A stretch of DNA of 64,000 bases from the human T2T-CHM13v2.0 reference genome, Homo sapiens, in the NCBI RefSeq assembly GCF_009914755.1, contig NC_060938.1, one strand, 5' to 3'. Below are positions 34,810 to 48,642 of the stretch, piece by piece (position 1 is the stretch's first letter; every line of letters starts with the position of its first letter). Under the pieces are notes generated by a model, which searched no databases, was not told the origin of the DNA, and saw only the letters and a list, made by a program, of their open reading frames with translations. A program made the translations under genes and the position numbers.

Positions 34810-35399
34810 TCCCCCTCTCTCTGTCTCTCTGTCTGTCTCTGTCTCTCTCTTTCTCTGTCTGTCTTCTCTCTCTCTCTCTCTGTGTCTCTCTCTCTCTGCC
34901 TGTCTGTTTCTCTCTCTCTGCCTCTCTCTCTCTCTCTCTCTCTGCCTGTCTCTCTCACTGTGTCTGTCTTCTGTCTTACTCCCTTTCTCTGTCTGTCTGT
35001 CGGTCTCTCTCTCTCTCTCTCCCTGTCTGTATGTTTCTCTCTGTCTCTGTCTCTCTCTCTCTTTCTGTTTCTCTCTCTCCGTCTCTGTCTTTCTCTGACT
35101 GTCTCTCTCTTTCCTTCTCTCTGTCTCTCTCTGCCTGTCTCTCTCACTCTGTCTTCTGTCTTACTCTCTCTCTCTGCCTGCCTGTCTCTCTCACTCTCTC
35201 TCTCTGTGTGTCTCTCTCTCTCTTTCTGTTTCTCTCTGTCTCTCTGTCCGTCTCTGTCTTTCTCTGTCTGTCTCTTTGTCTGTCTGTCTTTGTCTTTCCT
35301 TCTCTCTGTCTCTGTCTCTCTCACTGTGTCTGTCTTCTGTCTTAGTCTCTCTCTCTCTCTCTCCCTGTCTGTCTGTCTCTCTCTCTCTCTCCCCCTGTC

Positions 35400-35442
<43 letters not shown>

Positions 35443-35997
35443 TTGTCTTTCTTTCTGTCTCTGTCTCTCTCTCTCTCTCTGTGTGTCTGTCTTCTGTCTT
35501 ACTGTCTTTCTCTGCCTGTCTGTCTGTCTGTCTCTCTCTGTCTGTCTCTCTCTCTCTCTCCCCCCTGTCGGCTGTTTCTCTGTCTCTGTCTGTGTCTCTC
35601 TTTCTGTCTGTTTCTCTCTGTCTGTCTTTCTCTCTCTGTCTCTTTCTCTCTGTCTCTCTGTCTGTCTCTGTCTCTCTCTCTGTCTCTCTCTCTCTGTGGG
35701 GGTGTGTGTGTGTGTGTGTATGTGTGTGTGTGTGTGTGTGTGTGTCTGCCTTCTGTCTTACTCTCTTTCTCTGCCTGTCTGTCTGCCTGTCTGTTTGTCT
35801 CTCTCTCTCTGCCTGTCTCTCTCCCTTCCTGTCTGTTTCTCTCTCTTTCTGTTTCTCTCTGTCTCTGTCCATCTCTGTCTTTCTCCGTCTGTCTCTTTAT
35901 CTGTCTCTCTCCGTCTGTCTCTTTATCTGTCTCTCTCTCTCTTTCTGTCTTTCTCTCTCTGTGTATCGTTGTCTCTCTCTGTCTGTCTCTGTCTCTG

Positions 35998-36030
<33 letters not shown>

Positions 36031-36085
36031 GTCTGTCTGTCCGTCTGTCTGTCTCGGTCTCTGGCTCTCGCTATCTCCCGCCCTC
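34810..36085 (+). repeat. Pyrimidine-rich block 3 with internal (TG)n
   Basis: Shares the ctcactgtgtctgtcttctgtcttact anchors with blocks 1 and 2. Confidence 0.9.
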
Positions 36086-37373
36086 TCTTTTTTTGCAAAA
36101 GAAGCTCAAGTACATCTAATCTAATCCCTTACCAAGGCCTGAATTCTTCACTTCTGACATCCCAGATTTGATCTCCCTACAGAATGCTGTACAGAACTGG
36201 CGAGTTGATTTCTGGACTTGGATACCTCATAGAAACTACATATGAATAAAGATCCAATCCTAAAATCTGGGGTGGCTTCTCCCTCGACTGTCTCGAAAAA
36301 TCGTACCTCTGTTCCCCTAGGATGCCGGAAGAGTTTTCTCAATGTGCATCTGCCCGTGTCCTAAGTGATCTGTGACCGAGCCCTGTCCGTCCTGTCTCAA
36401 ATATGTACGTGCAAACACTTCTCTCCATTTCCACAACTACCCACGGCCCCTTGTGGAACCACTGGCTCTTTGAAAAAAATCCCAGAAGTGGTTTTGGCTT
36501 TTTGGCTAGGAGGCCTAAGCCTGCTGAGAACTTTCCTGCCCAGGATCCTGTGTGACCAAAAGTGCCTCTGCTGGGAGCTGGGATCCTCGGGACCATGCTT
36601 GCTAGCGCTGGATGAGTCTCTGGAAGGACGCACGGGACTCCGCAAAGCTGACCTGTCCCACCGAGGTCAAATGGATACCTCTGCATTGGCCCGAGGCCTC
36701 CGAAGTACATCACCGTCACCAACCGTCACCGTCAGCATCCTTGTGAGCCTGCCCAAGGCCCCGCCTCCGGGGAGACTCTTGGGAGCCCGGCCTTCGTCGG
36801 CTAAAGTCCAAAGGGATGGTGACTTCCACCCACAAGGTCCCCACTGAACGGCGAAGATGTGGAGCGTAGGTCAGAGAGGGGACCAGGAGGGGAGACGTCC
36901 CGACAGGCGACGAGTTCCCAAGGCTCTGGCCACCCCACCCACGCCCCACGCCCCACGTCCCGGGCACCCGCGGGACACCGCCGCTTTATCCCCTCCTCTG
37001 TCCACAGCCAGCCCCACCCCACCACGCAACCCACGCACACACGCTGGAGGTTCCAAAACCACACGGTGTGACTAGAGCCTGACGGAGCGAGAGCCCATTT
37101 CACGAGGTGGGAGGGGTGGGGGTGGGGTGGGTTGGGGGTTGTGGGGTCTGTGGCGAGCCCGATTCTCCCTCTTGGGTGGCTACAGGCTAGAAATGAATAT
37201 CGCTTCTTGGGCGGAGGGGCTTCCTTAGGCCATCACCGCTTGCGGGACTACCTCTCAAACCCTCCCTTGAGGCCACAAAATAGATTCCACCCCACCCATC
37301 GACGTTTCCCCCGGGTGCTGGATGTATCCTGTCAAGAGACCTGAGCCTGACACCGTCGAATTAAACACCTTGA

Positions 37374-37590
<217 letters not shown>

Positions 37591-37656
37591 ATTGGTTTTC
37601 ACTGGAGATTCTAGATTCGAGCCACACCTCATTCCGTGCCACAGAGAGACTTCTTT

Positions 37657-40600
37657 TTTTTTTTTTTTTTAAGCGCAACGCAACATGTCTGCCTTATTTG
37701 AGTGGCTTCCTATATCATTATAATTGTGTTATAGATGAAGAAACGGTATTAAACACTGTGCTAATGATAGTGAAAGTGAAGACAAAAGAAAGGCTATCTA
37801 TTTTGTGGTTAGAATAAAGTTGCTCAGTATTTAGAGCTACCTAAATACGTCAGCATTTACACTCTTCCTAGTAAAAGCTGGCCAATCTGAATAATCCTCC
37901 TTTAAACAAACACAATTTTTGATAGGGTTAAGATTTTTTTAAGAATGCGACTCCTGCAAAATAGCTGAACAGACGATACACATTTAAAAAAATAACAACA
38001 CAAGGATCAACCAGACTTGGGAAAAAATCGAAAACCACACAAGTCTTATGAAGAACTGAGTTCTTAAAATAGGACGGAGAACGTAGCTATCGGAAGAGAA
38101 GGCAGTATTGGCAAGTTGATTGTTACGTTGGTCAGCAGTAGCTGGCACTATCTTTTTGGCCATCTTTCGGGCAATGTAACTACTACAGCAAAATGAGATA
38201 TGATCCATTAAACAACATATTCGCAAATCAAAAAGTGTTTCAGTAATATAATGCTTCAGATTTAGAAGCAAATCAAATGATAGAACTCCACTGCTGTAAT
38301 AAGTCACCCCAAAGATCACCGTATCTGACAAAATAACTACCACAGGGTTATGACTTCAGAATCATACTTTCTCTTGATATTTACTTATGTATGTATTTAT
38401 TTTTTTTAATTTATTTCTCTTGAGACGGCGTCTCGCTCTGTCGCCCAGGCTGGAGTGCGATGGTGTGATCTCGGCTCACTGCAACCGCCACCTCCCTGGG
38501 TTCAAGCGATTCTCCTGCCTCAGCCTCCCGAGTAGCTGGGACTACAGGTGCCCGCCACCACGCCCAGCTAATCTTTATACTTTTAATAGAGACGGGGTTT
38601 CACCGTGTCGGCCCGGATGGTCTCGATCTCTTGACCTCGTGACCCGCCCGCCTCGGCCTCCCAAAGTGCTGGGATGACAGGCGTGAGCCACTGAGCCCGG
38701 CCTTCTCTTGACGTTTAAACTATGAAGTCAGTCCAGAGAAACGCAATAAATGTCAACGGTGAGGATGGTGTTGAGGCAGAAGTAGGACCACACTTTTTCC
38801 TATCTTATTCAGTTGATAACAATATGACCTAGGTAGTAATTTCCTATGTGCCTACTTATACACGAGTACAAAAGAGTAAAACAGAGAGACTGCTAAATTA
38901 AAGGGTACGTGAAGTTCTTCATAGTAACTCCGTAAACTGGAACACTGTCAAAAAGCAGCAGCTAGTGAATTGTTTCCATGTATTTTTCTATGATCCAATA
39001 AGTGAACTATGCTATTCCTTTCCAGTCTCCCAAGCACTTCTTGTCCCCATCACCACTTCGGTGCTCGAAGAAAAAGTAACAAATCAAGGAACACAACTAA
39101 AGAAACACACACACAAACCAAAGACAACTACAGCGTCTGCAAAAGTTTGCTAGAAGACTGAAACTGTTGAGTATAAGGATCTGGTATTCTACGATCATGA
39201 GTTCACTTCAGAGTTTGTTCAAGACATACGTTTCGTAAGGAAACATCTTAGTTAGAAGTTATTCAGCAGTAGGTACCATCCCTAAGTATTTTTCACCAAA
39301 TTCGTGACAATAAAGAGCTATCTAACCAGAAAAATTAGCGAGTACCGGCACCATCCATAGGGCTTTGTCTTTACGCTTCATTAGCACTTACCATGCCTTA
39401 CAATGTCTAGGATTGACCCTGATAGCATTTCGAAAACAAGCTAATGCTTTGTCCAGTTCTTCAGTGAAGACAAGCTCACGCCCTAATGCGCTATAGGCAT
39501 AAGCATCATTTGGATCCACTTCGAGAGTTCTCTGGAAGAATTGAATCGCAATATCGTGTTCCCGTTGCAGACCGAAACAGTTCCCTGCAGCACACCAGGC
39601 CTCTGGCTGGCGAATTTTTATCCATGTCTGTGAAGTCTTTGGACAGAACTGAAAGAGCAACCTCTTTCGGAGGATGCCAAAGTGTTGTAGAGTAGATCTC
39701 CATGCCTTCGACTCTGTAATTCTCAATCCTCCTAACCTCTGAGAATTGTCTTTCAGCTTGCGTGGACTCTGAAAGTTTACAATAGGCCCTTCCGATTTGG
39801 CACAGTACCCAACCGGTATTGCAGTGGTGAGAAGCTAGATGGCTCAAGATGCTGATAGCTTCTTTGCCGTGGTAAGAACACAAAGCTAAATAACCTTTCC
39901 CCCTTTCACGAAGAAGGCTCATCAAGCCTTCCGCTGCTGCTTTTTGTAGATTAAAAGCCTGAATCTGAGGCGCGATTGCGGCTATTTTCCCTTCTGAAAT
40001 GACGGAAGAGTCCAATTTTGTCACTTCCAGGCTATCACTTATGTTCGGTGGAGTTATTGCTCCTTTATTAGTTTTACTTTTGGTTCTTCTGTTTGGGATT
40101 TTAGGTGGAAACTTCATTTTTAATTTTCTCCTATTCTCCTCGGTTGTGGAGCTGTCACTAGTCAAGAGTCGTGAATTTCTTCGAGGCGGTGCATTTGGGG
40201 GAGATGCCATAGTGGGGCTCAATACCTGAGGTGTTGCCCTTGTCGGCGGACCAGAACTTTGTGTTTTTGCAAGGACTGGAGTTACCTTTCGGCTCTTTCC
40301 CCTCTGCGAGAAGACAGACGGTGTTCCGGTTTGGCCGATTCTGGCAACAGGCTTTTTTGAAGGGGCTCCGGTGGATGGCACGTCAATGACAGACGGTGTC
40401 TCATACCAGTGCAGTTTTGTCAATAGGGTCCGTCTCCGGGACTTGGGGTTTCTAATGGCAAAATGCCAACACTTGGGGTTAATGGACTAACAGCTGCTGG
40501 TCCTCCTAATAAACTTCGACCAGTTTTTGGTTTATGTTGAACCTGTTTAGATCATATGGAAGTTCCTGTTCCCAGTGGGACAGTATCAGGTGAAAGGACA

Positions 40601-41451
40601 GCTGAATCGATAGAAGACACTGGGGAGTCTGTATTCAAGGAGTACTTTGAATTGGAAGATTCTAAATTCCATCCGTTTCATTCGACGGTGTCCTGGGGTG
40701 TTTCCGTAAGAACGGTCTCGGGCTGTCTGTGACATAAACTAGGACGAGGTCCAAGTGTTGTGGCGCAACACTTGGACAGGCAGTTGCTAAAGCTCTCTAG
40801 AGAGGTGAATCAAAATGTTTGGTCAGGATCTGGCTTTTCCCCCCTATTTCACATCATGATTCAAAGGGACACCAGAGGAAAGGATTTCAACGAAGGCTCT
40901 TTTGGTCACATTCTGATCCTTTGGTAAGCCGATCTGTCTTGCAATATACATGTCCCGACGATGGAAGGGGAAAGCGAGCTGAATCACCAAACTCAGGAAC
41001 GATAATATCATCGTGGCTTTTCTGCTTATGAAACACTCCACCCGATAAGATTTGATCCCCTTCTGCAAGCTTGCTGAGATCAACACAACATTTCGCAAGC
41101 AGGCATTTGCATTGCGGGGTAGTACAACTGTGTCCTTTCAAGAGTCTATATGTTTTATAGGCCTTTCCTGAGCGGTAAGAACAGGTCGCCAGTAAGAACA
41201 AGGCTTCTTCTGAGTGTACTTCTGCATAAAGGCGTTCTGCGGGGGAAACCGCATCTCGGTAGGCATAGTGGTTTAGTGCTTGCCATATAGCAGCCTGGAC
41301 GGGTCCCTGCAGCACCGCCATCCTCGAGGCTCAGGCCCACTTTCTGCAGTGCCACAGGCACCCCCCCCCCCCCCATAGCGGCTCCGGCCCGGCCAGCCTC
41401 GGCTCATTTAAAGGCACCAGCCGCCGTTACCGGGGGATGGGGGAGTCCGAG
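37657..41451 (-). pseudogene. CDC27P: CDC27 (APC3) retro-pseudogene: 5'UTR ~41451-41322, disrupted CDS 41321-39392, then intron-like extension to poly(A) at 37670-37654
   Basis: ORF fragments MAVLQGPVQAAIWQALNHYAYRDAV..., ...VARIGQTGT...KKLKMKFPPKIPNR-like, PEAWCAAGNCF.LQREHDIAI... are CDC27; no introns across the CDS part; premature stop at 40887 and frameshifts; flanking direct repeats. Confidence 0.93.
38385..38702 (-). mobile_element. Full-length Alu nested in the CDC27 retrocopy extension, with its own TSD
   Basis: Flanks ttctcttgatattta (38369) and ttctcttgacgttta (38703). Confidence 0.9.
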
Positions 41452-41975
41452 ACAGAATGACTTCTTTATCCTGCTGACTCTGGAAAGCCCGGCGCCTTGT
41501 GATCCATTGCAAACCGAGAGTCACCTCGTGTTTAGAACACGGATCCACTCCCAAGTTCAGTGGGGGGATGTGAGGGGTGTGGCAGGTAGGACGAAGGACT
41601 CTCTTCCTTCTGATTCGGTCTGCACAGTGGGGCCTAGGGCTGGAGCTCTCTCCGTGCGGACCGCTGACTCCCTCTACCTTGGGTTCCCTCGGCCCCACCC
41701 TGGAACGCCGGGCCTTGGCAGATTCTGGCCCTTCCTGGCCCTTCAGTCGCTGTCAGAAACCCCATCTCATGCTCGGATGCCCCGAGTGACTGTGGCTCGC
41801 ACCTCTCCGGAAACATTGGAAATCTCTCCTCTACGCGCGGCCACCTGAAACCACAGGAGCTCGGGACACACGTGCTTTCGGGAGAGAATGCTGAGAGTCT
41901 CTTGCCGACTCTCTCTTGACTTGAGTTCTTCGTGGGTGCGTGGTTAAGACGTAGTGAGACCAGATGTATTAACTC

Positions 41976-43125
<1,150 letters not shown>

Positions 43126-43939
43126 CCCCCCTTTCCCCTTCCCCCGCTTGTCTTCCCGACAGACAGTTTCACGGCAGAGCGTTTGGCTGGCGTGCTTAAA
43201 CTCATTCTAAATAGAAATTTGGGACGTCAGCTTCTGGCCTCACGGACTCTGAGCCGAGGAGTCCCCTGGTCTGTCTATCACAGGACCGTACACGTAAGGA
43301 GGAGAAAAATCGTAACGTTCAAAGTCAGTCATTTTGTGATACAGAAATACACGGATTCACCCAAAACACAGAAAGCAGTCTTTTAGAAATGGCCTTAGCC
43401 CTGGTGTCCGTGCCAGTGATTCTTTTCGGTTTGGACCTTGACTGAGAGGATTCCCAGTCGGTCTCTCGTCTCTGGACGGAAGTTCCAGATGATCCGATGG
43501 GTGGGGGACTTAGGCTGCGTCCCCCCAGGAGCCCTGGTCGATTAGTTGTGGGGATCGCCTTGGAGGGCGCGGTGACCCACTGTGCTGTGGGAGCCTCCAT
43601 CCTTCCCCCCACCCCCTCCCCAGGGGATCCCAATTCATTCCGGGCTGACACGCTCACTGGCAGGCGTCGGGCATCACCTAGCGGTCACTGTTACTCTGAA
43701 AACGGAGGCCTCACAGAGGAAGGGAGCACCAGGCCGCCTGCGCACAGCCTGGGGCAACTGTGTCTTCTCCACCGCCCCCGCCCCCACCTCCAAGTTCCTC
43801 CCTCCCTTGTTGCCTAGGAAATCGCCACTTTGACGACCGGGTCTGATTGACCTTTGATCAGGCAAAAACGAACAAACAGATAAATAAATAAAATAACACA
43901 AAAGTAACTAACTAAATAAAATAAGTCAATACAACCCAT

Positions 43940-44071
43940 TACAATACAATAAGATACGATACGATAGGATGCGATAGGATACGATAGGATACAATACAAT
44001 ACGATACGATACAATACAATACAATACAATACAATACAATACAATACAATACAATACAATACAATACAATA
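43940..44071 (+). repeat. (ATACA)n/(GATAC)n pentamer microsatellite
   Basis: Read directly from the sequence. Confidence 0.9.
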
Positions 44072-44099
44072 CGCCGGGCGCGGTGGCTCATGCCTGTCA

Positions 44100-44351
<252 letters not shown>

Positions 44352-44611
44352 TCAAAAATAAATACATAAATAAATACATACATACATACATACATACATA
44401 CATAAATTAAAATAAATAAATAAAATAAAATAAATAAATGGGCCCTGCGCGGTGGCTCAAGCCTGTCATCCCCTCACTTTGGGAGGCCAAGGCCGGTGGA
44501 TCAAGAGGCGGTCAGACCAACAGGGCCAGTATGGTGAAACCCCGTCTCTACTCACAATACACAACATTAGCCGGGCGCTGTGCTGTGCTGTACTGTCTGT
44601 AATCCCAGCTA

Positions 44612-44905
<294 letters not shown>

Positions 44906-45177
44906 TTAACTTCATTTTATGTTATTATCATGATTGATGTTTCGAGACGGAGTCTCGGAGGCCCGCCCTCCCTGGTTGCCCAGACAACCCCGGGAGACAG
45001 ACCCTGGCTGGGCCCGATTGTTCTTCTCCTTGGTCAGGGGTTTCCTTGTCTTTCTTCGTGTCTTTAACCCGCGTGGACTCTTCCGCTCGGGTTTGACAGA
45101 TGGCAGCTCCACTTTAGGCCTTGTTGTTGTTGGGGACTTTCCTGATTCTCCCCAGATGTAGTGAAAGCAGGTAGATT

Positions 45178-45207
45178 TGCCTTGCCTGGACTTGCCTGGC
45201 CTTGCCT
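45178..45207 (+). promoter_or_regulatory. RGC p53 response element, copy 2
   Basis: Identical to 906-935. Confidence 0.85.
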
Positions 45208-45601
45208 TTTCTTTCTTTCTTTCTTTATTACTTTCTCTTTTTCTTCTTCTTCTTCTTCTTCTTCTTCTTCTTCTTCTTCTTCTTCTTCTTCTTCTTCTTC
45301 TTCTTCTTCTTTTTTTTTTTGAGACAGAGTTTCACTCTTGTTGCCCAGGCTAGAGGGCAATGGTGCGATCTCGGCTCACCGCACCCTCCGCCTCCCAGGT
45401 TCAAGCGATTCTCCTGCCTCAGCCTCCTGATTAGCTGGGATTACAGGCATGGGCCACCGTGCCTGGCTGATGTTTGTACTTTTAGTAGAGACGGTGTTTT
45501 TCCATGTTGGTCAGGCTGGTCTCCCACTCCCAACCTCAGGTGGTCCGCCTGCCTTAGCCTCCCAAAGTGCTGGGATGACAGGCGTGAGCCACCGCGCCCA
45601 G

Positions 45602-45650
<49 letters not shown>

Positions 45651-46297
45651 CGCTTGCTTGCTTGCTTTCGTGCTTTCTTGCTTTCCCGTTTTCTTGCTTT
45701 CTTTCTTTCTTTCGTTTCTTTCATGCTTGCTTTCTTGCTTGCTTGCTTGCTTTCGTGCTTTCTTGCTTTCCTGTTTTCTTTTTCTTTCTTTCTTTCTTTC
45801 TTTCTTTTGTTTCTTTCTTGCTTGCTTTCTTGCTTGCTTGCTTGCTTTCGTGCTTTCTTGCTTTCCTGTTTTCTTTCTTTCTTTCTTTCTTTTGTTTCTT
45901 TCTTGCTTGCTTTCTTGCTTGCTTGCTTTCGTGCTGTCTTGTTTTCTCGATTTCTTTCTTTCTTTTGTTTCTTTCCTGCTTGCTTTCTTGCTTGATTGCT
46001 TTCGTGCTTTCTTGCTTTCTTGTTTTCTTTCTTTCTTTTGTTTCTTTCTTTCTTGCTTCCTTGTTTTCTTGCTTTCTTGCTTGCTTGCTTTCGTGCTTTC
46101 TTGTTTTCTTGCTTTCTTTCTTTTGTTTCTTTCTTGCTTGCTTTCTTGCTTCCTTGTTTTCTTGCTTTCTTGCTTGCTTGCTTTCGTGCTTTCTTTCTTG
46201 CTTTCTTTTCTTTCTTTCTTTTCTTTTTCTTTCTTTCTTGCTTTCTTTTCTTTCATTCATTCATTCTTTCTTTCTTTCCTTTCTTTCTTTCTTTCTT

Positions 46298-46340
<43 letters not shown>

Positions 46341-46355
46341 GTTTCGTCCTTTTGA

Positions 46356-46505
<150 letters not shown>

Positions 46506-48466
46506 TGATGTTTGTGTTTTTAGTAGGCACGCCGTGTCTCTCCATGTTGCTCAGGCTGGTCTCCAACTCCCGACCTCCTGTGATGCGCCCACCTCGGCCT
46601 CTCGAAGTGCTGGGATGACGGGCGTGAGCCACCGTGCCCGGCCTGTTGACTCATTTCGCTTTTTTATTTCTTTCGTTTCCACGCGTTTACTTATATGTAT
46701 TAATGTAAACGTTTCTGTACGCTTATATGCAAACAACGACAACGTGTATCTCTGCATTGAATACTCTTGCGTATGGTAAATACGTATCGGTTGTATGGAA
46801 ATAGACTTCTGTATGATAGATGTAGGTGTTTGTGTTATACAAATAAATACACATCGCTCTATAAAGAAGGGATCGTCGATAAAGACGTTTATTTTACGTA
46901 TGAAAAGCGTCGTATTTATGTGTGTAAATGAACGAGCGTACGTAGTTATCTCTGTTTTCTTTCTTCCTCTCCTTCGTGTTTTTCTTCCTTCCTTTCTTCC
47001 TTTCTCTCCTTCTTTAGGTTTTTCTTCCTCTCTTCCTTTCCTTCTTTCTCTCTTTCTGTCCTTTTTTCCTTCGTGCTTTATTTCTCTTTCGTTCCCTGTG
47101 TTTCCTTCTTTTTTCTTTCCTCTCTGTTTCTTTTTCCCTTCTTTCCTTCGTTTCTTTCCTCATTCTTTCTCTCTTTTTCGTGTTTCTTTCCTTCCCGTCT
47201 GTCTTTTAAAAAATGGAGTGTTTCAGAAGTTTACTTTGTGTATCTACGTTTTCTAAATTGTCTCTCTTTTCTCCATTTTCTTCCTCCCTCCCTCCCTCCC
47301 TCCCTCCCTGCTCCCTTCCCTCCCTCCTTCCCTTTCGCCATCTGTCTCTTTTCCCCACTCCCCTCCCCCCGTCTGTCTCTGCGTGGATTCCGGAAGAGCC
47401 TACGCATTCTGCCTCTCCGTGTGTCTGCAGCGACCCGCGACCGAGTCCTTGTGTGTTCTTTCTCCCTCCCTCCCTCCCTCCCTCCCTCCCTCCCTGCTTC
47501 CGAGAGGCATCTCCAAACACCCACGCGCCGTGGGTTGTCTTCTGACTCTGTCGCGGTCGAGGCAGAGACGCGTTTTGGGCACCGTTTGTGTGGGGTTGGG
47601 GCAGAGGGGCTGCGTTTTCGGCCTCGGGAAGAGCTTCTCGACTCACGGTTTCGCTTTCGCGGTCCACGGGCCGCCCTGCCAGCCGGATCTGTCTCGCTGA
47701 CGTCCGCGGCGGTTGTCGGGCTCCATCTGGCGGCCGCTTTGAGATCGTGCTCTCGGCTTCCGGAGCTGCGGTGGCAGCTGCCGAGGGAGGGGACCGTCCC
47801 CGCTGTGAGCTAGGCAGAGCTCCGGAAAGCCCGCGGTCGTCAGCCCGGCTGGCCCGGTGGCGCCAGAGCTGTGGCGCGTCGCTTGTGAGTCACAGCTCTG
47901 GCGTGCAGGTTTATGTGGGGGAGAGGCTGTCGCTGCGCTTCTGGGCCCGCGGCGGGCGTGGGGCTGCCCGGGCCGGTCGACCAGCGCGCCGTAGCTCCCG
48001 AGGCCCGAGCCGCGACCCGCGGGGACCCGCCGCGCGTGGCGCGGGAGGCTGGGGACGCCCTTCCCGGCCCGGTCGCGGGTCCGCGCTCATCCTGGCCGTC
48101 TGAGGCGGCGGCCGAATTCGTTTCCGAGTCCCCGTGGGGAGCCGGGGACCGTCCCGCCCCCGTCCCCCGGGTGCCGGGGAGCGGTCCCCGGGCCGGGCCG
48201 CGGTCCCTCTGCCGCGATCCTTTCTGGCGAGTCCCCGTGCGGAGTCGGAGAGCGCTCCCTGAGCGCGCGTGCGGCCCGAGAGGTCGCGCCTGGCCGGCCT
48301 TCGGTCCCTCGTGTGTCCCGGTCGTAGGAGGGGCCGGCCGAAAATGCTTCCGGCTCCCGCTCTGGAGACACGGGCCGGCCCCCTGCGTGTGGCACGGGCG
48401 GCCGGGAGGGCGTCCCCGGCCCGGCGCTGCTCCCGCGTGTGTCCTGGGGTTGACCAGAGGGCCCCG

Positions 48467-48642
48467 GGCGCTCCGTGTGTGGCTGCGATGGTGGCGTTTT
48501 TGGGGACAGGTGTCCGTGTCGCGCGTCGCCTGGGCCGGCGGCGTGGTCGGTGACGCGACCTCCCGGCCCCGGGGGAGGTATATCTTTCGCTCCGAGTCGG
48601 CATTTTGGGCCGCCGGGTTATTGCTGACGCGCTGTCCTCTGG
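48467..48642 (+). promoter_or_regulatory. Pol I 47S promoter, copy 2 (TSS 48623)
   Basis: Identical to 4195-4370. Confidence 0.95.

Noticed and set aside
36086-37370. Unique segment possibly derived from an LTR/ERV
   Set aside because: I could not recognise termini, PBS or family motifs; it needs RepeatMasker/Dfam.
37984-38343. 119-aa hydrophobic ORF on the minus strand
   Set aside because: Lies in AT-rich intron-like retrocopy sequence, no recognisable homology, non-ATG start; chance ORF.
39506-40423. 305-aa ORF with CDC27 similarity as a functional gene
   Set aside because: Internal fragment bounded by frameshifts (e.g. CCAG duplication near 39603-39610) with an upstream stop at 40887.
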